Below are positions 8,056-11,382 of a stretch of DNA of 11,382 nucleotides, piece after piece (within the stretch, counting starts at the first letter, position 1; each line of letters begins with the position of its first letter). The position numbers were made by a program, and so were the translations under genes. The stretch is from assembly GCA_040752415.1 (NCBI GenBank), contig JBFMGU010000316.1, forward strand, positions 1-11,382, written 5' to 3'. The notes under the pieces were generated by a model. The model searched no databases. It was not told the origin of the DNA and was given only the letters and a program-made list of their open reading frames with translations. Source of the stretch: Myxococcota bacterium. Its GTDB lineage: Bacteria > Myxococcota > JACRCW01.

Positions 8056-8297
8056 GTCGTCACGAGATGACAGCGGCGCCCGCTCGGGTTGACCAAGGTA
8101 ACCGGTGAAACACGACGCTGACGACGTAAACGTGTCGGGCAGCCGAACCGCGCTCCTCTTGGGAGTTTCCCGACGGACCCAGGGCTCGTCGGTCGGCCTG
8201 GCCCACGCCAGCGCGAGAGCAACACCCGCACCGCCATCCCGCCTGGAAAGGCGCACAGCGCATCGTGGCCCCGGGCGCGTTGACTTCGCGGACGCGG

Positions 8298-8969
8298 TCA
8301 CTGGCGCATGCGCGCCAACAACCGCTGCCCCTCGGTCTCGTCGAGCAGGACGAAGTGCTCCTCGTCGGGCTCGTAGGCGTAGACATCCGCGTGGCCGATG
8401 TCGAAGTACCACCCGAAGATGCCCAGCCGGCCAGCATTCACCGCTTCGCGCACCGCCGGGTAGGTCAGCACGTGCTCCATCTGGACCAGCACGTTGATCT
8501 GGCTGAGCTGGTTGTGCTCGGTGAGCGTGGGGTCGGGGGAGCGTCCCTGGCGCAGCCGCTCCACGGCGGGCTTCCCGGCCTCAAGCCATTTCTCCAGGTT
8601 GGGCATCCCCTCCGGCACACTCGACGCCACCAGCGCCTTCATGGCCCCGCACTCGGAGTGCCCGCAGATGATGATGTTGCGGACGTTGAGGTGCAGCACG
8701 CTGTACTCCAGCGCCGCGGCCTCGGAGAGGTCCCCCACGCTGAGGCCGTGCGGTCCGCCGGCGGGTGGGATGAGGTTGCCCACGTTGCGCATCACGAACA
8801 GGTCGCCCGGGTCGGTGGAGGCAAAGAGGTTGGGCACCACGCGACTGTCCGAGCACCCCACGAACAACGCGTCGGGCGTCTGCCCCAGGGCCAGCTTCGC
8901 AAAGGTCTTGCGCACCTCCGGCCGCGCTGTCCGTCGGAACTCCACAATGCCGTTGATGAGCTTCTTCAT
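8298..8969 (-). CDS. Beta-class carbonic anhydrase
   Basis: Zn-binding motifs GCSDSRV and GHSECG, plus PGDLFVMRNVGN and AALEYSV. The start MKKLINGI at 8969 is preceded by GGGAG. Confidence 0.94.
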   Translation of the reverse strand: MKKLINGIVEFRRTARPEVRKTFAKLALGQTPDALFVGCSDSRVVPNLFASTDPGDLFVMRNVGNLIPPAGGPHGLSVGDLSEAAALEYSVLHLNVRNIIICGHSECGAMKALVASSVPEGMPNLEKWLEAGKPAVERLRQGRSPDPTLTEHNQLSQINVLVQMEHVLTYPAVREAVNAGRLGIFGWYFDIGHADVYAYEPDEEHFVLLDETEGQRLLARMRQ

Positions 8970-9126
8970 GCGCCGCTCCCTGCGAGAAGCCGCCCCGGAT
9001 AGAGGACTTCCGGCCCGCCCGGCAACCCGTGACCCGTCCCACCCACCGCTGACGTTCTCGACGAGGGCAGCCAACAAGCCCCCACGGCCGCGCCGCTGCC
9101 CGTGGCGATGCCCGGCCCACGACGCC

Positions 9127-9389
9127 TTCCCGGGGCTGCGGCTCTCTCGCCTCCCGCCAATGAGATTGGCAGGCAATGAATATGCTTACGTCCTGCTCAC
9201 CACTCGGCGAGCGGACGCACTTCGCAAGGACTGACTGGGGTACTCGCCGAGCCGCCGCACGTCATTCTTCCAGGGTCAGTCCTGCAACTCGGCGACGCAG
9301 GCCAGTGGCGAGCAGGACGTACGCTTTTCATTGGCTGCCAATCTCATTGGCGGGAGCCAAGAGCGTTTCAAAAGCGGCGCTCCCGGGAA
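9127..9389. repeat. Long nested imperfect inverted repeat (REPIN/MITE-like element or rod-shaped ncRNA)
   Basis: Arms 9151-9204 and 9304-9356 are reverse complements, with a perfect 22-bp match at 9151-9172/9335-9356. There is also an outer TTCCCGGG/CCCGGGAA pair and an inner AGGACTGAC/GTCAGTCCT stem. Confidence 0.85.
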
Positions 9390-9402
9390 CGCCCCACAAC
9401 GC

Positions 9403-9437
9403 AAAAGCCCCTCCCCCACGCGTGGCGGGGAAGGGGC
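9403..9437 (-). terminator. Intrinsic terminator of recA
   Basis: The minus strand reads GCCCCTTCCCCGCCACGCGTGGGGGAGGGGC-TTTTG, a GC-rich hairpin plus U-tract, ~85 nt after the recA stop. Confidence 0.75.
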
Positions 9438-9520
9438 CTCGGCGGGGTTGGCGGGCGGGCCAGGAAAGGGTGGGACCTGGCGCGCCCGACAACCCGGGCC
9501 ACTCTTGTGCGGAGAAACGG

Positions 9521-10609
9521 TCAGCCGCGGCTGCGACGACCCTTCTTCTCCACCTCCTCCATCGGCACCACGTTGTCCGTGCCGTTGGCGGCAACCTGCG
9601 CCTGCGGAGCCACCTTCAGGCCCGCGCGCTCCTTCAGCGTGCGCTCGATGGACGAGGCAACCTCCGGGTGATCCTTCAGGAACACCACCGCGTTGTCGCG
9701 CCCCTGGCCAATCCGGTCGCCGTTGAAGCTGTACCAGGCACCGCTCTTGTCGATGATCTGCGCCTCGCTCGCCAGGTCCACCAGGTCGCCCTCACGGGAG
9801 ATGCCCTGGCCGTAGAGGATGTCAAACTCCACCTCGCGGAACGGCGGCGCCACCTTGTTCTTCACCACCTTCACGCGCGTGCGGTTGCCAATGACCTCCT
9901 CGCCCTTCTTGATGGCGCCCACCCGACGGATGTCCAGGCGCACGCTGCTGTAGAACTTCAGCGCGTTGCCGCCCGTGGTGGTCTCCGGAGAGCCAAACAT
10001 CACGCCAATCTTCATGCGGATCTGGTTGATGAAGATCACCAGGCAGTTGCTGCGGTGGATGGTGCCGGTCAGCTTGCGCAGCGCCTGGCTCATCAGGCGG
10101 GCCTGCAGACCCACGTGCTGGTCGCCCATCTCACCTTCAATTTCCGCCTTGGGAACCAGCGCGGCCACGCTGTCCACCACCAGCACGTCCACCGCGTTGG
10201 AGCGCACCAGCAGCTCGGCAATCTCCAGCGCCTGCTCGCCGGTGTCCGGTTGGCTGATCAAGAGCTCTTCCGTCTTGACGCCCAGCTTGCGCGCGTAGCC
10301 CACGTCCAGCGCATGTTCCGCGTCAATGTACGCCGCCACGCCGCCCTCGCGCTGCGCCATGGCCGCCGCGTGCAGAGCCAGCGTGGTCTTGCCGCTGCTC
10401 TCCGGGCCGTACACCTCCACAATCCGACCGCGGGGGTAGCCGCCAATGCCCAGCGCAATGTCCAGCGCCACGCTGCCGCTGGAGAGCGCCTGCACGTCCT
10501 GGGCGGCCAGCTCCGCCTCGCCCAGCTTCATGATGGCGCCCTTGCCAAACTGCTTCACAATGGACGCCACCGCCAACTCAAGGTTTGCTTCCTTCTCGCT
10601 CGTCATCAT
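9521..10609 (-). CDS. recA: Recombinase RecA
   Basis: [30 protein letters not shown] (Walker A), [50 protein letters not shown]. Tandem ATGs at 10609 and 10606. Confidence 0.98.
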   Translation of the reverse strand: MMTSEKEANLELAVASIVKQFGKGAIMKLGEAELAAQDVQALSSGSVALDIALGIGGYPRGRIVEVYGPESSGKTTLALHAAAMAQREGGVAAYIDAEHALDVGYARKLGVKTEELLISQPDTGEQALEIAELLVRSNAVDVLVVDSVAALVPKAEIEGEMGDQHVGLQARLMSQALRKLTGTIHRSNCLVIFINQIRMKIGVMFGSPETTTGGNALKFYSSVRLDIRRVGAIKKGEEVIGNRTRVKVVKNKVAPPFREVEFDILYGQGISREGDLVDLASEAQIIDKSGAWYSFNGDRIGQGRDNAVVFLKDHPEVASSIERTLKERAGLKVAPQAQVAANGTDNVVPMEEVEKKGRRSRG

Positions 10610-10732
10610 CTCTCGTCCCGTGGCGAACGCTTCCCGCGCCCGCTGCTCGCTTGGGCCAGCACTCCGGCGGCCGGATCTCTGTCTGCCTGCTCCGCTCCCC
10701 CCGGGAAGGTCCCGGGCTCGCGGACGGCGCCC

Positions 10733-10761
10733 CATGTACCCCGACCTGAACGCCTGTTCAA
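10733..10761 (-). promoter_or_regulatory. Sigma70-type recA promoter (TTGAAC-N17-TACATG)
   Basis: Minus-strand -35 TTGAAC (10761-10756), 17-nt spacer, -10 TACATG (10738-10733). The -35 element overlaps the SOS box. Confidence 0.55.
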
Positions 10762-10762
10762 G
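10746..10762. promoter_or_regulatory. LexA operator (SOS box) upstream of recA
   Basis: CTGAACGCCTGTTCAAG contains the palindrome TGAAC-N4-GTTCA. It fits the Myxococcus LexA consensus as recalled (CTRHAMRYBYGTTCAGS) at all but one position, and the GAAC-N4-GTTC box. Confidence 0.82.
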
Positions 10763-10828
10763 GACGAAGCTTCCGGGACCACCCGCCATTCCGGGGCGGT
10801 TGGGCCGGCGGGGGCAGCAGGGCGCGGC

Positions 10829-11137
10829 TCAGTAGAAGAACTTGGCCTTGTGGGTCAGGTGGTTGATGCCCTTCGCGTCGATCTTGAACACCGAGACGGT
10901 CTGGCTGTCCCCGTGGTCCTTGACGGTGACGAAGGTGTCGGCGGCCAGCGCGGTGACGTAGAGGCGCTGCATGTCCGGCGGCAGGCCGCGCGGCGCGCCA
11001 CCGGCGGGGCCAGTGGGCTGGGGCACCAGCACGGCGCCGGGGGGTTCCTGCTGCGCGGTGGCCAGCGTGGCGGCCGCCAGGCCGGCGCCCAGGGCCATTC
11101 CACCAATGGCCGCGGAAAGTGCGCTTCGGTTCGACAT
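10829..11137 (-). CDS. Small secreted hypothetical protein (102 aa)
   Basis: GGAGG RBS; signal peptide ending ATA|QQ; Pro/Gly linker followed by short beta-strand-like segments; GC-rich third codon positions. Confidence 0.78.
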   Translation of the reverse strand: MSNRSALSAAIGGMALGAGLAAATLATAQQEPPGAVLVPQPTGPAGGAPRGLPPDMQRLYVTALAADTFVTVKDHGDSQTVSVFKIDAKGINHLTHKAKFFY

Positions 11138-11167
11138 GGAATCCTCCAGGGCAGATCACAACGGGGG

Positions 11168-11209
11168 AAAAACAACGGGCGCCCTCACTGACCCAGCGGG
11201 GGCGCCCGT
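11168..11209 (-). terminator. Intrinsic terminator of the truncated upstream minus-strand gene
   Basis: Stem ACGGGCGCCC (11175-11184)/GGGCGCCCGT (11200-11209), followed on the minus strand by TGTTTTT. Confidence 0.8.
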
Positions 11210-11244
11210 GTAAAGCGGTTCTGGAGGTGACCCGCGAAGGACGC

Positions 11245-11382
11245 TCAGCCGTCCCGCGCGCCGCTGGTGGAACGTCCGCGCGGCCGACGCGCCGTGCTCG
11301 TCCCCTCCCCCTTGCGCGCCGTGCTGGTGCGCCGGGTGGTGGTGGTCTTGGCGGGAGCCTTGCGGGTCGTGGTGGTGGTGGT
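11245..11382 (-). CDS. C-terminal fragment of a gene with a basic Thr/Arg/Lys-rich low-complexity tail
   Basis: Hand translation gives TTTTTTRKAPAKTTTTRRTSTARKGEGTSTARRPRGRSTSGARDG*, with TGA at 11247-11245 followed by a terminator. Confidence 0.65.
   Translation of the reverse strand, partial: TTTTTTRKAPAKTTTTRRTSTARKGEGTSTARRPRGRSTSGARDG

Noticed and set aside
8095..8135. Resemblance to a cobalamin riboswitch core (GGTAACCGGTGAAA...GCTGAC) or a hammerhead (CTGACGA, GAAA)
   Set aside because: The riboswitch pairing partner (TCCGG) is missing and there is no downstream co-oriented gene; hammerhead motif order and spacing do not fit.
8996..9025. TTGCCG-N18-TATCCG minus-strand promoter for carbonic anhydrase
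   Set aside because: The position is plausible, but the match to consensus is too weak to call without TSS data.
8970..9176. Carbonic anhydrase ORF extension reaching into the palindrome
   Set aside because: Homology and an RBS place the start at 8969; the extension looks non-coding.
9127..9389. Palindrome as retron msr-msd, CRISPR array or attC site
   Set aside because: No reverse transcriptase, cas gene or integrase in the window; no repeat-spacer periodicity; no RYYYAAC/GTTRRRY ends.
10610..10789. RecA N-terminal extension
   Set aside because: It spans the promoter and SOS box; RecA homology begins at 10609/10606.
9176..11191. 671-aa plus-strand ORF
   Set aside because: Antisense shadow of recA and the small gene, typical of high-GC DNA; no recognisable protein features.

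Overview
A GC-rich chromosomal region, probably from a myxobacterium or related Myxococcota/Deltaproteobacteria. This is inferred from a Myxococcus-type SOS box, a Cys-rich lipoprotein and sigma54 promoters. Gene order: partial secreted Pro-rich protein (-), class II aldolase/adducin-family protein (+), greB (-), a ~983-aa multidomain lipoprotein ending in a diheme cytochrome c domain (+), a GT39/ArnT-like glycosyltransferase (+), a tiny stand-alone LysM-like protein (+), a MATE transporter (+), beta-carbonic anhydrase (-), recA with SOS box, promoter and terminator (-), a small secreted hypothetical protein (-), and the basic Thr/Arg-rich tail of a truncated gene (-). The most unusual non-coding feature is a ~260-bp nested imperfect palindrome (9127-9389) between the recA terminator and the carbonic anhydrase gene; it could be a REPIN/MITE-like element or a rod-shaped ncRNA. 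Also notable are a hairpin-tiled spacer (8056-8296) and two sigma54 -24/-12 promoters in front of the GT39 and LysM genes. No CRISPR array, tRNA, rRNA or transposase was seen.
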